Source: the human T2T-CHM13v2.0 reference genome, Homo sapiens
Assembly (NCBI RefSeq): GCF_009914755.1
Contig: NC_060925.1
Direction: 5' to 3' (one strand)
DNA: 64,000 nucleotides
The notes under the pieces were generated by a model, which was given only the letters and a program-made list of their open reading frames with translations, had not been told where the DNA came from and made no database searches. Shown here one piece after another: positions 1 to 15,005 of the stretch. Each line of letters opens with the position of its first letter. Within the stretch, counting starts at the first letter, position 1. A program made the position numbers and the translations under genes.

Positions 1-214
1 CAAATTATCCTTATTCTTGTAAGAAAAAAAAAAGGTTAAAATGCATTCTATAGAGATGATTTCTTTGTGTTCTTGTTGTCCTTTAAGTACAATATTTCTA
101 TATGTCCTTGTATGAGCTCTGTAATAGAAACATTTTACATACAAAATAGGGGAGAACTAATATACACAGGGAGAAAAATACTAAGTGAACCCTTAGGCCC
201 TCTCATTGTCATTA

Positions 215-370
215 AACTTCCCATAAGATAACTATTTTTATTGTAATATTGCCTTTTTTTAATGAATGAGGAAACAGGTTTACCATATTAAGCAACTTGA
301 CCATGGTTACAAATCTTAAAAATGCTAAATTTTGAATCAGATCCCAAATTGCCTAACATAAGAATGTATG
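215..370 (-). mobile_element. MIR SINE fragment
   Basis: Degenerate MIR core in antisense: 'ttttttaatgaatgaggaaacaggtttaccatattaagcaacttgaccatggttaca'. Confidence 0.5.
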
Positions 371-1724
371 ATATTACATGCATATTACTGAAACTCAACT
401 TATTATTGCTGAAGTTTCTTTAAGAATGAATCTACAGGAGAGAAAAATTAACTTTTTAATTTTAACTTTATTAGCTAGAAAAAGAAAATAATTAGCTTTT
501 TACTAAGTTGTAACAAATTGTCTCAGGAAAAAAAAAGATGTTGAATTGTAACACTTAAAAAGCTTGGAAATTTATTTTCCAGTAAAAAATTTACTTCAAA
601 ATTTTACTGTTTTCGGTTCTTGAAAATATAATTGGGCACACATCAAAATATCATCAAGGTTATTAGAAGCCACTGCTATGATGAAATAAGATAACAACTA
701 ATTTTGCTAAATGGAATCAACAAGGTCTTTAAACACAATTATATTTAAGCTATAATAGGAGCACCGAGCTGTTTTATGAGGCAATAATCTGGTTCCCGTG
801 TGGATAAAAACTATGAGGCTGAAGGCTGGTTAGAGTTTTGCAATAAGAGAAGTGGATTATTGCCTCGTAAAATCATTCAGCACTTTTCTCATTGTGATTA
901 TTCTACAAGTCTTCGAGAATTCATTTTTAAATAAATGTCACTACACAAGTAAGTGCTTATGTGGCAAGAAAACTATGACAAAGAAAGTGATAGAGGTAGA
1001 TTGTGGCCTTTGAAATTATAAAAGACACATCGTCTGTAGCCCCAAAGAAAGCAGTTGTCCATAATGTAATAAGGTCTATTCTAAATCTTCAAGATTTCTT
1101 GGATTTTAAAGAAATCTTTTATGTTTTTTTTTTGGGGTCAACAGTCTCCACAAGTGGGTAAAACAGTGGTCTTCTGTGGTGTTTATCTTAGAATCATCTT
1201 CATAGAGAGGACCTGATGTTCATAAAATACCATTAGAAAAGAATATTCACTTCCAGTTCTGTTTCCTATTCTGATTATAGCCCTTACAGGAACCATGTTA
1301 GTTAAAATTGACCTGTTCTTTTATTTATTAATATTCATCATTTGATAATTATCTTTAGTTACTATGTCTTCAGTATATTTTCGTGCACAGAAATATGGTT
1401 TAGACATAAGAAGAATTTAATACATGTTTTCAAGATAGCTAAATGGACTTTACTATATTTCACTGTCAAATGGAATCTTCTATTTCTATAGAGAGAAAAG
1501 GACTGTAAAACTATGAATCTATGATCCAAAAGCTGTTTTTCTAAGGAATACACATTTAAATACAAGTTTAATTTTTTAAATTTCCTGTTTTTATCATATT
1601 CAAGGTGTAGTTTCCTTTTTATTTTCTCACTTTCTTCAACACAAAGTTAAAAATACAAATATAAACAAATACTTAATATTTAATAAAATTTAGTTATATG
1701 TCAAGAGTTCCTGTGTGTATTTGA

Positions 1725-1860
1725 TTTTCAGAGCAGCCCTGGGAAGTAGTAATAATTATTCCCATTTTAGATAATGAAAATGTGGCAAAAAGGTAAAATA
1801 ACCATACTACATTAGAACAAGTAAAATTAAATCGAAGCAAGTTGACTTTAGAGCCTATCC
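1725..1860 (-). mobile_element. MIR SINE fragment
   Basis: 'gcagccctgggaagtagtaataattattcccattttagataatgaaaatgtggc' resembles the antisense MIR core. Confidence 0.5.
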
Positions 1861-1894
1861 CTTGAAATTACAACAACAAACAAATTGACATAAT

Positions 1895-2108
1895 TTTTTG
1901 TATTTTTAAATTGACAAATAATAATTGCATATATTTATGGGGTACAACATGATGTTTCAATACATGTATACATTGTGGCTAATTTGCATGTTTATCACCT
2001 CAAATATTTATTATTTCTTTGTGGTGAGAACATTTAAAATCCTGTCTTTTAGCTATTTTAAAGTACTATATACATTATTATTAACTACAGTCACCTACAC
2101 AATGGAAT
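1895..2108 (-). mobile_element. L1MA-type LINE-1 3' end fragment
   Basis: 'attgacaaataataattgcatatatttatggggtacaacatgatgtttcaatacatgtatacattgtgg...gtggtgagaacatttaaaatc' is typical of antisense L1MA 3' UTRs. Confidence 0.75.
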
Positions 2109-2585
2109 GTTAGTCAGCCTTAAAAAAATTAGCATAGATTTGAACCAGCAAATTTTGCACAGAAATTGTATTTTCAAATACCTCATACATTTCTTGCAAA
2201 GAATAGTTAATGAAAATACAATGCATGTGGGATTGAAAAGCAGAAATAAAAATATCTATAATAAGTATCAAATGCAATGGGTGTACAATGTGGAAAAGGT
2301 AAAAACAGAATGATGCCCAGCTTTCATTACCAGATAATAAAAGATGAACATGAACTGATGTATACATTGCACTTCATCCCTCCAAGAGTCTGCTAATGTT
2401 GGTAATGCATGTATATATAAATTAGATTAAATTACAAAATGGACATGGTAAATAACAAGTAAATGATCTAGAATATAAAACAAAAACAAATTGGTAGAGC
2501 CTAGAGAAAAAAGACCTCTCTGTCTCTCCGTATATATAATTATATATGTAACAATGGTGAAAATGAAAAATAAGTGTAAAAACAT

Positions 2586-2586
<1 letters not shown>

Positions 2587-2617
<31 letters not shown>

Positions 2618-2644
2618 TACATATGTTATATATAAGTATATACA
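2587..2644. repeat. (TA)n-rich microsatellite
   Basis: Visible TA run with CA interruptions. Confidence 0.9.
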
Positions 2645-2899
2645 TGTCAGTAAACAGGGCAAATAAACTAATCTGTCATAATTCAATTCAATTACTTGTC
2701 TTTTTGGCAGGAAGATATAATTTCTGACATATTAGTTGTTGCATAATAGATATGTTTGTTCAAGATTTCTAGGTACCTCAAGAAGAAAGATGCAGGATTA
2801 TAATATAAAACAAAAAAAAAAACAAAGAAACAAAAATTACTCAATCACCAGAAGAAAAACACATTAATATAAAACGTTAAATAAAATTCCATATGTAAG

Positions 2900-3240
2900 A
2901 CAAAATGAAAGTTGAGTAACAAAAAAAGGGTTAAACTCTCCTATAAAGTCAGGGAATCACAAAACAGTTTCAGAAGAGAAAAAAAATCTATTCATATGCC
3001 AATTAATTTTTGAACAGATTAAAAAAAAAAAGGAAGACTGATTACAAAGGGATGGGAATATATACAAAGTCAGATATGAAGACAAAGAAAGCCAATGTAA
3101 CAATATTAAAGAGAGATAAAATGAATTTCAAAGCAAAGAACATTAAAGAGGACAAAAAAGATATTGCTAAAACACCCAATCACACTACCTAAAAGATATT
3201 GCTAAAACACCCAGTCACACAGAAAATCAAAATGTGCTAA
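2900..3240 (+). mobile_element. Old L1M LINE-1, ORF2 endonuclease N-terminal relic
   Basis: ORF 3010-3192 (RLKKK...KKANVTILKRDKMNFKAKNIKEDK) aligns by eye to L1 ORF2p HRLKIKGW...KKAGVAILVSDKTDFKPTKIKRDK. The element resumes at ~6050 after the MLT1 insertion. Confidence 0.75.
3156..3220. repeat. Tandem duplication, 30-bp unit, 35-bp period
   Basis: aaaagatattgctaaaacacccaatcacac (3156-3185) recurs at 3191-3220 with one mismatch. Confidence 0.9.
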
Positions 3241-3573
3241 AGTTTTTGTTTACTAACACAGCAAATTCTAATGACTTCCAGCTATAAACACTTTATCTTC
3301 CAGGTCTTCGGGTTGGCTGGGACAGCTCTGCTTCAAGTTAATTGCATGTGTTTCTCTCATTCTGGAACTAGCAGTTACCCTAGTGCTGCTGGTTCTACTG
3401 CCAAAAATAAAGCATGCAAACACATTTAAAGTCTCTACTCCTATCACATTTCCTCATAATCCACTGGCCAAAATAGCACATGGTTAATATCAAGTCAAAG
3501 TCACATGGCCAAGAGTGTTGATGTATATATCTTGACTAAGGATGACACGAAGAATTGGAAACAAAAATCCGCT

Positions 3574-4034
3574 TGCAATGGTTGTTATTGAGTGTCAACT
3601 TCACTGTATTGAAAAATGCAAATTATTATTCCTGGGCATATCTGTGAGGGTGCGCCAAAGGAGATTAACATTTGAGTCAGCAGACTGGAAGACACAGACC
3701 CACCCTCAATCTGGGCCTCCATTTTTCTCTTGTGCTGGATGCTTCCTGCCGTCGAACATCAGACTCCAAGTTCTTCAGCTTTTAGACTCTTGGACTTACA
3801 CCAGTGGTTTGACAGGGACTCTCAGGCCTTCTGCCACAGACTGAAGGCTGCACTGTCAGCTTCCCTACTTTTGAAGTTTTGGGAAGAGGAACGGCTTCCT
3901 TGCCCCTCAACTTGTAGACAGCCTATTGTGGGGCTTCACCTTGTTATCATATGTGAGTCAATACTCCTTAATAAACTCCCTTTCGTATATACATCTATCC
4001 TATTAGTCCTGTCCATCTAGAGAATCCTAATACA
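3574..4034 (+). mobile_element. MLT2A1-like (HERV-L) solo LTR with internal deletion
   Basis: TG...CA termini; 'gagtgtcaact', 'ggagattaacatttgagtcag', 'aataaactccctt'; 5-bp TSD CCGCT (3569-3573) / CCACT (4035-4039). Confidence 0.85.
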
Positions 4035-4167
4035 CCACTCTACCATAGTTTACCTTCTTTGTCACAATTGCTCACTTAATGCTCACATAATACATACCTG
4101 TCTCCCTGAGATACCCCAAAAGTCTATACAATTATCCAGCTGGCTCAAAATTCAAAACCTCATGATC

Positions 4168-4193
4168 AAAAAAAAAAAAAAAAAAAAAAAAAA
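4168..4193. repeat. A26 homopolymer
   Basis: Uninterrupted run of 26 A. Confidence 0.95.
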
Positions 4194-4976
4194 GGCCAGG
4201 TCTAAATGTGACTCCTGTTGATTCAGAGAAGTACTAACTAATATAGACAAGTAATCTGCTCTTTATATACTCATTGTTCAATGATGTAACAGGGATTGCC
4301 TAACAATATTTTTTAATTAAAAAGTTAGGAGAATGAGAGGAATATAAAAGGAACTGGTTTATAACAATTCAGATCTCTTCTTGGGCAAACAGTAGCAGGT
4401 CCTCCCACCCTGGGATAGGCCTAGTTTTGCTTCCTAGGTGTAAGTCCCCATTCTGATGTTCTCTTTGCAACCGTCATTATCATTATCCCTACTTATTCAC
4501 ATCTGAAAGGGACAAGAGAAAATATATTTTCTCTGGTAACAGTACAGTTTTTCTAGTCTGCTTTCTGCCTGGCCAAAGTTGGGGGCTACTTGTCTTTTTC
4601 AGTCTTCACAGTCACAATTTCTTTTTAATCCAGAATGGTAGTAGAGCTCTGTAAAAAACTGTATTTTAGTATTTGAAAACACAATTTAATTTCAACCAAC
4701 TTGTATACCAAAACCATACCAGTTATTTTTGAGACACCTTTTCAAATGCTGCTCATAACAACCAACTCATGCTACCGATATTCTGCCTTAAAATCTTTTT
4801 GTTCAACACTAAGTTCATTAGGCTCATTTTCTGCCTTCCATGTTATCATTGTAATAATTTTACCAGATTGTTGACAAAATACCAAAGCTCACCATTTCTT
4901 CATATACCTATAAAAGTTTCATTGTTCTCTTACCCAAAGACGTTGCCATGTATGTTCAGTTTTTATTATATAAGCA

Positions 4977-5670
<694 letters not shown>

Positions 5671-6049
5671 TTAATAGCCCAACCCAGAAACTAATTTCTG
5701 TTTTAGTCATGTTTCTGCTGCAATAATACCAAATAAAATAAAACCCCAAAATATCAGGGGCTTTCAACAATTATCTTTTGTTTTTTGATATTAGGTCTGA
5801 TAGTTGTCTGGAACATGATATTCTCAGGCAGAGAGCAGAGGCACAAGATCTCAAGCCAACCATACAAGTATATTTACTTCCCCTGCTTGTGCCCATTCTC
5901 TAGTAGTCCATTGCAAAAAGCAAGTCACATGACCAGGGATATATATATTGCACTTACTTGGAGTAAGTACAAGACCACATGAAAACGAGTATAAATGTGT
6001 AAACCTTTTATAAGGAGGAAGTGAAGAATTGCAATAAAAATATAAATTT

Positions 6050-8530
6050 TAGAAAGAATTGACAAATCCAATATCATGGTAGAAGACTAACATTTGGTCA
6101 GAATAAAAAGATAGGTTTAAAGATGTAAGAATACTATGAATTTTTAAGACGTAATTAACTCAGTTTGTTTTATATAGCTAAGAGAGTACATATATTTTTT
6201 CCAAACAAAAATTATAAAAATAAATTTAACCATATTGCAGGAAAAAGATTATCAGTAAGTTCTAAAACCTAGAAATCACAGAAACTACATTCTTTGAATA
6301 TGAATACAATAAATGTTGACCAAAAGGGAAAGCAAGTAAGTAGACAATTGAATACATTTGGAAACCAACAAGTAACTACCTAAGTAACTCTTAGACCAAA
6401 GAAAAACTGTAAATGGAAATTATACTGTATTCAGAAATGACCCATAGTGAGAAGACTCATATCAAAACCAATTATTGCAGTGAGAGCATCTCTCAGAGGC
6501 AACTGTGTAATCATAAATGCATTGTTTAGAAAACAAGGTAGGCTAAAAAAAATCAAAATAGGCTTTTAACTCAAGAAGCTATAACTAGAATAGCTAAATT
6601 AACCCAAATAAAATAGAAGGAATTAATGAGGACATAAGCTAGAACTTAATGAAACAGGGAACAAAAGTGGACTTGATCATAAAATCAAAGCTATATTATT
6701 TTCTGCTTAATATATGTATATTTGAAAAATCTACATTAACTACAAATGTAATAGGAAAACTCAAATTTGCTAAAATGTGCTGAAATGTATTCAACACTCA
6801 TTAAGAATATTTTTAAAAAAACAGGTTTCCAATTCATGCTTCAAAGATAGCATAAAATCAACATGGACAACGGATTCAAAAACTATTATACACAAACACA
6901 TAATCAAAAAGTAGAGACCACCTCACATTTAATCATAGATATAAAAATTAAAAATATTGGAAAGTTAACTGAAGTACATTAGTAGTATACTTAAAAAACG
7001 ACAGATTATGATCAAGTATGATTTATCTCAGAACATACAAGGACGGCTCAGCATTAAAAGCTATGATTTGAAGTTTAAGTTTGTAACGTGTATGATCATT
7101 TAAATGTCAAAAATTTTTAAAAATTAAAAAATTATTTTAAATTGAAAACTACCACACATGCCCTTTTCATATGCATAGAAGCATGTGCATACACACACAC
7201 ACACACACACACACAAGACAATAGAAGAAAACTTACTTTTAAAGGACATTTGGTAGAATATGCAATAATAACAATTAAAAATAAAATATTGAAAGCATTT
7301 TCATAAATAATGAGCAAGATAAGCATGCCCGTTATAGCTACAATCCAAAAAGTCACAAAAATGATATCCTTTAAAATAGAAATGAAAATATGAATATTTA
7401 GAATTTAATAAAATTGTGCAAAACTAAATGAAAAATATATAAAGTCTGAATAAAAAGAGAAACATCTTCATAGAAGACACAATTCTAGACATATAATATA
7501 AAAGTAATCTAATTCAGTGGAATTACAAATGAAAGTCTAAAATAATACTTTCCATGTTTCATAAGCTGATAATAAAATTGTCTGATATATAAAATGCTAA
7601 TAATACCCCCAAAATTTTAAAGAAAAATAATGTGAAGTTCTCTTTGCATCTGTTAGGAAATCATGCCAAAAAATCACTGTAGTTCTGTTGAAAAGATTCA
7701 GATTCAGATTTTTAGATAGAATAGAGGAAAAAGTTCCACTGAATTTATAAAAAGATGAAGTTGGCATTTCAAAAAACATTTTAAAAGAGTCAACTTCTTT
7801 TGTGACATTATCCATTTGTAAAATTTATACAAAATATATAGAAAATTTTCCACTGATATATTTGAATTAAAAGTAAATTCTTAATACAAATTGAATACAT
7901 TCCTAAATTTAATAGAGACTATCTAAAGGGATTTAAAAGGAAAAGATATAAATATATAAAGAAAAAGTTTTTTAGATGTAGCTATTGAATATTTTAATAC
8001 TGCTATATCACCAAGACATATTGTTAAAAAGTTAAAAAATAAGTGAGAGAATGTATTTTCTACATATATAACCACCTCTTGATTAAGAGAAAAACAAATT
8101 CAAACAACTTTTTATCAGACTTACAACATTTTAAAAATTTTATGATATCTAGTGTTGGCAATGGTGTGGGAAAATGAATACTGCCATGTAGTTTGGGTTT
8201 ATGGCCTTTCTTCTGACAATAATTTGTTGCAATTGCTAGATCCAGAAATTCCTCTTCTAGTCACCATTGCAGAAAAAAATCACATTTTACGCTAAGAGAC
8301 ACACAGAAAAATGTTCATTGTAACACAGATTGCCTTGACAAAGAATGTGATACAAGGCAAATGCCTATCACTTGGGGAATGGTTAAATAAACAAAAGTAC
8401 ATCAATAAATAAATAGCATGTGGTCATTAAAATTAATGACATAGATCTATAAATACTAACCTTGAAACATGTCTTTGATATATTGCTAACTGTAAAAAGC
8501 AAGTTGTAGACAAATATGTATAGCATGATG
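6050..8530 (+). mobile_element. Old L1M/L1ME LINE-1 ORF2 and 3' end (continuation of 2900-3240)
   Basis: A-rich degenerate ORF2 ('gaattgacaaatccaatatcatggtagaagac', 'tcagaaatgacccatagtgagaagactcatatcaaaacc') and an L1ME-like 3' end ('aaatgcctatcacttggggaatggttaaataaac'). Confidence 0.7.
7191..7214. repeat. (AC)12 microsatellite
   Basis: Direct read. Confidence 0.95.
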
Positions 8531-8572
8531 CATTTCTTAATGATATACTATATAGAGGTATACAGGTATTTT

Positions 8573-8577
<5 letters not shown>

Positions 8578-8604
<27 letters not shown>
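8578..8604. repeat. (TG)n microsatellite
   Basis: Direct read. Confidence 0.95.
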
Positions 8605-11600
8605 ATTAGGGTGTATATATTCTTCCTACAGTGTCATTAGAAGAGCAGAGGAAGTTTCATTTATTTAACAAATATTGTTTCATTTATTTATATAATAAAC
8701 ATAAAGTTTGCTAAGCACAGTATAAATTTAACTATTGTTAAAAATGTTTAATGAACGCTTTAGATTCCAATTTTTTATGTTGATAAGTTTATCCCCTTCT
8801 ATCGATTAAAGCAAAGCCTATAACTTCTATTGTGGCAAAAGCAGAAGGCAAGAGTTTCCTATGTTCTTTAGAAGACTTCAGTTTTGTTATAAGAAGAATA
8901 TAGTGGTTTCATTTAAAATCTGATAAACAATATTAGCCAACACTAATGATGACCTATGAGACTGAGACACCAATTGGATAAATATGTTCATTTAGAGTCT
9001 TTTTAAGAAATGGTCATTGCAGGATATTTACCAGATCATTCAATTAATAGGAAAATATGCAATATTATTTCAGGGAGGTTTTTTTTCTGTAACATAATTA
9101 TGCCTATCTCAAAGTCAGGGTCTCAGAATTTGGCCTTTAAAACATTGATCACTGTGTATAATTACTTTTTGTTGAATTATAAAAACCAATGCTCTTTATA
9201 TGACTTCCTTTTTAGTCTCTTAAAACACAATTCCTTGAAGTGGATGCTTGTTTTTACAAACAAAAGCCCTTATCATGTTTCTGTGTAACTTTGTGTGTCT
9301 GTGTTTTCTGTCACATTAAAAGTCTATTTTAGAACTTAAGAAAGGTTAAAATTGTCACATTTTTCAAAAGAGAAAATTTATGATACACAGAGAAGACTAA
9401 ATGGACTTTAACTCAATAGTTTTGCTAATATTATGCTATTATCCTTATAGAACTAATTGAGGAAACCAAGTTGGAGGTTATCCCAGAGCTGCTGTGGTTA
9501 ACACTCTCTGCAGATGAAGCACGACATTTTATTCCACACAGGACTATCCAAAACATGCAACTGTACTACCATACCTCTCCCCATCACCACTTTCCTCACC
9601 CTAGAGCCCAGCTCCTACGCCAACAGCAGGTATCTCCAGGAAATCACAATTCTCTTTTCTTCTGAGCTCGATTTCATCTCAGAACCCTTCTTACCACAAC
9701 ATTTCAGGCGGTTATAAGGGTGAACTATGTTTGCCATTTCTGTCCTACTTAAAGACTTATTTTTAACTGTTTTTCTTCTCCTCTTCTTCAAGCAAAATCA
9801 GATATATTCCTTCTGTCTTTGCTCCCCCTTTTCACCTCTAATATGTTCTTTTTCTATATTGTGTCCATACAAATCCTTATCCTCTTTCAAAGCCAATGTC
9901 ATGTCTCACTTCCTCCAGGAAGCCTCTCAGACAATGGCCACTGGGACCTCCAACTTCTCTGAGGGTTTCCCTCATATTTCTCACATATAATACAGAGTTG
10001 CCATCATCACGAACTTAGATAATTCTTTAACTTATAAATATATGTACCACTATTACATGGAATACGCTCTAAATAACAAAGAGCTAGTAACAATAAATGG
10101 TGACACCCTTACGTTTCTAATGATTCTTAAGTACATGTTAAAGACATTATTGAAGCTGATTATTGTTTCCAGCTAACACTAAATGCTTTTGAATTTTTTT
10201 CTAAGGAAGAATATACAGGAACAAGAATTTAAAAACCATCAGAAATACAAAAGTACAGATGACATTTCAAAACTTTTAGACAGAGAAAAATACATGCTAT
10301 ATATTCCAATCAGATTTAATATTCAAATCTAATTAGAAAATGTTACTGTATACATTTTATAACAAAATGACTTCAGCTGCATGCCAGTGAGAAACACCCT
10401 CTTAATGCTCCTGGCCTGGACCATGAGGGCTAAAAATTTGCTTCCACTGGTGGAGATCTGTTCAGTCTAAACAAATTCTACCTACGAAATTCACTATCAC
10501 GTATATTGCAAAGCCAAAGTAGTGCCATCTAGTCCTATGGAGAACAGAAATAAACTTTATTTCAAGACGACTGTCAAAATTTAGGAGTGATGGGGACTTC
10601 AATGGTAAGAATTTGCATAATTCACATATTTTGACATCTCAATGAATTTAAGTGCTATTTAATAAACTGCTGGTAATTCACTATTTTAAAATTAAGAATT
10701 GACACTGTAATGTATTACATTTTATATTATGTCTCACAATAATATAGAGGATCATGTATCAGAGAAAGATGTTCTTTTCATAAATAACTTTATGTCAAAG
10801 CACAATTTTCAAAAAGTTTAAAATGTGACTCTCATACAAATAGAGAATTAACACATGCCAAAGACATACTTGACTCATTATTAAGGAAACAGCAAAATGG
10901 TAAAGCCAATTCTAAGAGTATTTGGGAAACAGAAATGTACATAGTTAATGAGGAAAGTCATACTAAAGTAAGTTTGCTAAGTTAAAGAAAAAACTGTTTA
11001 ATGTCCTACAGGGCAATACAACAGTAAAAATTAATATCAATTCCTATACAAGACAGAAATGATTTGAATTTCTACTGAACAAAATCCACAAGTTAGCATA
11101 ACATTTCACAAAATCTAGCTCTTAATCAATAGAACATCAAACCGAGGCACAGGTGCATGTCCCCTCAGGAATAAATAATCCTTAGAAAGGCCTGTAGGAA
11201 AATGCTCTAATATGATATAGGAAGATAGACAGTCATGCTTATACCTTATTTCCAAGTTTTATATAATCTTTTAATGAAGAAACATTACTTTTGATGACCT
11301 CATTTCTTCTCTTTTAGCTTACTTACATCATCAGCATTTTCAATTTGTTTTCACTTTGGGGCAACCCCAATCACTCGCCCATGCTCTCTCCCTGTCTCCC
11401 CACGCACACACCCCGAAAGCTCTTTTCTTTGTTTTGTTATTTTTTAAATCATCTTATGAGAACTGTTCCATATGTGGAAGAGTAATCTACAAAGAAACTA
11501 TGCGGACATGAGAATGCTTGACTGATGTTGGCTCCTGCCACCACTTCTGAAATGTCTCAGCAAAATTATGATTTACTACATATTTTGGATCTTCATTACT

Positions 11601-12389
11601 TCTAAGTAGTACAAAGAAAGTCTTATAAATTACAGGGTAAACCATAGTGCTTTGTAAGGCATTTTTTTCTCATCTTGAAAATAATTTATAATTTAATAAA
11701 GATGTTCTTTACTAAATATGTTATGCTTGAATTTGCAGGCAACATGTCTTTCAGGATAGGAACCTAAAATGGAAGAGGCTGTTGCACGCTTTTAGAGTTA
11801 ATATATCTATATAAATGAATAAGTCAAACTACCCAATTTTCTATTGATTTGGCACTTCTAATCCCCATATCCCTCACTGAGAATGAGACAATTTTGCTAT
11901 GAGAAATATATCATTGGCTTCTGGCTTTAATTTTTCCACATTTGCTTCAGGGAGGCAGCTAATTCAAATAAAAAGTAGCATCAAGTAAGGTAACGCAGGT
12001 TGGACTTTCTATAAGGCTGCCTTCCGGGGATTTGGGTACTGGGGACAGAATGCCGAAATCCAGCCCCAAATCTCCTCTTTAAGCACAAGACCACTGGAGC
12101 TTCATATGTCAGCAGGAGGTACCCTGTAAGAAATTTACAAAAAGGCAACTTTTGGCTGAAGGCTAAATTATGGTTGCAATTAATCTGTGATCCATCTTAT
12201 AAAAAAAAAGCAAAAGCTGCCTCAATCTGTCTGTGAACCTGAAAGCAAAATCTGCCTTGAGAGGTTTCATATGTACAGAAAGATGCATGCACACATAAGT
12301 ATAACTCACAGCTACCTATAGAAAGGCTAACTAGAGAAGGGACAGGGTATTGTCAGGGGACTCAGAAATAAATGCACAACACTCAAGAA

Positions 12390-12610
12390 TAATAAAGTAA
12401 TAGCTAACATTTATTAACGCATACTGTGTCCCAGGGATGGAAATACATTTTTATATGAATCATCTCAATATTTTGTTGAATAGATAATATATATTCCATA
12501 ACTGCCTTTGACTTTCCATGACTGAATAAATTGATCAGAAATTCAAATAGTATACCATGCAATAATCCGGAAGCAAATAGCAGAACCCAGACTTTAAATC
12601 TTCATTTCTC
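12390..12610 (-). mobile_element. MIR SINE
   Basis: 'aatagctaacatttattaacgcatactgtgtcccagg...aaatagcagaacccagactttaaatc'. Confidence 0.6.
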
Positions 12611-13548
12611 ATGACATATTGGAAAAGTTTTTATTTTTAATTTCAACTAAAGAATCTCTGCATGGAATTTGTTAAGAATATATCCCAGCCGCTGCTTTTT
12701 CTATTCAGTGTGACCCCAAACAAGGAATGTTTCACATGGTTTTAGGTTTCTGAGTGGAAGTTTAGCACAGCTGTGATATCAAATGAAGTACCACCTGGCC
12801 TAATCACCGTAACAATATGTCCTCTGTCCTGCACAGCTAGCAGATGGATTGGGTATCAGCCTGATGTCATAATCTGTTAAGTTTGTAATATGGAGCATTA
12901 CCCACCCATTTAGGATTCATCTCATCTTCTCTGATGGCATGCTGTACCCTAAATAGAGAGATGACACTATCATTATATGCCACTATCACTAGTCATATGG
13001 AATCTTAGTTTGCATTACTTAAGAATAATTATATGGTGCTCTAATTCATTTGGTGAACTGTCACTCCACTACTGAAAAACTTAGGTGGAATTTTAACAAA
13101 TACTATGACATTCATAAAGCAGATTACTAGTCTTCAACATTTATTTCATTCTTCTCTTAATTCAAGTTCTAAATATCGACTTTCTTATATATGTGCTGCT
13201 GATCTTTTTGGGGCATTAAATGAAATCTCAAAAACTATAGAGTTGATGTGACTTTATACTTGCATCTCGGCTGTCATGTAAAATATGGTAATAAAAAATT
13301 ATCAGTAACATATATGTCTGTAACATATATGACAAACATTTAAAAGGACAATATGATTGGTGATAACTCACCAAATTTTTACTGTCTCTCAAATGCAAGG
13401 CACAATGATAATGTGAATGCAGAAATAAACATGAAATTAAATTTTTCCACCCTTCAAAACGCTTTTAGTCTCTTCTAATTCACCTCCTCTCTCTACTACC
13501 CCCAGAAATACTCATTTGAGTTCATGCAAACATCAATTCCTTAAGTCT

Positions 13549-14010
13549 TGTAGATGCATCAGTTGACAAGGCCATCGCCCATCCCCCACTCCCTTCTCTT
13601 CTATTGTTACTTATTTTTCTGTATACAGGCTAGGAATACTACTACTCATCTTGTCAGTCTTCCTTGCAGCTAGGGCCAACCAGTGAGATGTAACAGAAAT
13701 CTGGTAGCGGTTATGGCTTAAGTATGCTGGGAAGCTACGGGAAAGGCACACCTCCCTGATAACAATAGAGGAAATCTATTATCACTCCCACCTCCTTTCT
13801 TCCATCCTTGAATATAAACACGATGCTGAGAGTTGCAGCACCATGAAGCATTAAGATAATTGCTAAGATCAGCAAAGTGCAGGATAGAAAGCAACCAAGA
13901 AAATTATATTGCTGAATTTCTCCACAGCTCTGGTGTGCCTTCATGTAACTTCTTGCTCAATAAAAAGTTTAATCCATTGTTAGATAATTTGTTATCCACT
14001 ACAAAACAGT
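13549..14010 (+). mobile_element. ERVL LTR (LTR33-like)
   Basis: 'tgtagatgc...cagtcttccttgcagctagggccaaccagtgagatgtaacagaaatc...aataaaaagtttaatccattgtt'. Confidence 0.55.
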
Positions 14011-14604
14011 GGATATGGCAATTAGTAACGTTAAGCCTACTTTATAAATGCGTTGATAATTTTCTTATTAATATCCTATTTCTTTTTAGAATTGTATTTA
14101 TTTTCCAAACATAGAAAGGAAGTATAATGCATTAATACTGCAGTTTAATTTTAAGATGGTTTTCATCATAGAAACGTGATGCAATAGCTTTACTAAAACT
14201 ATAAATTGTTACTATGTAATAAAATATTAATACATTTCTTTTAGCTATATAGCGAGGGATTCATGAAAAGTATAGTACCATTTATTTTTTAATGAAAATT
14301 AGATCTTTTTCAAATTATGAATATATCAAGAAATATTCAATCTTTATTCATCATTACTATTTATCTTCATTCATCTTTATCATATTACTTTTTTTCCCAC
14401 AAAATAGCAATTATTTGTACTTTTTAGGATTATACTTTCATTCAACAGGTGTGCCTTCTATACACCTAGCTCTGTTTGGGGAACAGAGAATACAGAAAAG
14501 ATTGAGGCATGACTTCTTCCCTCAGGAAGATCACAATTGAGTGAGGAAAATCAATAAATAAACGTTTACATTTACCAGCACACTGCCACCACACAGAGAA
14601 AAGG

Positions 14605-15005
14605 GTAGTGGGTATTCTTGTGCTCCACCAAGATACCCTCGAGTTCAACACACCCAACTCCCAGCTGCTCCCAACTTCAGCGTAATAGCTAAAGGCATGC
14701 ATACAGCTGCCTCCATCACATGGAATTGCCTTGGAGGTATGGAACTGTTTCACCAAAAGTCTATGTAGGGATCCAAAGTCTGGCCTGCTGGCCTCCATTA
14801 GAGAAAACTCTGAAATAAAAAAAAAATCCCAGATTTATAAATCGTCATGGGATTAGCTGAGGGCTTAGTTGTAACTCTCTTGAGGGTCAATTTATCTTTC
14901 TACTAAATTTTCCTTATTTCCTTTCATGTCTTTCTCATGAGAATACTCCACATAATGCTTCTACATGCAATTAATTCCCAAAGAACAAGATATCTGACCA
15001 AGATC
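14605..15005 (+). mobile_element. ERVL LTR16-like LTR within an L2 fragment
   Basis: 'cccagctgctcccaac...ggcctccattagagaaaactctgaa...gggattagctgagggcttagttgtaact'; flanks (14440-14600, 15005-15260) are L2-like. Confidence 0.5.

Noticed and set aside
10443-10536. CTCF-like motifs (ccactggtggag; RC ggactagatggcact)
   Set aside because: One is out of register and the other mismatches the conserved leading CC; matches of this quality are expected by chance.
11985-12140. Minus-strand acceptor (tttcttacag) followed by a ~46-codon open frame in a locally GC-richer patch
   Set aside because: No convincing donor and no recognisable peptide, so an exon cannot be supported.
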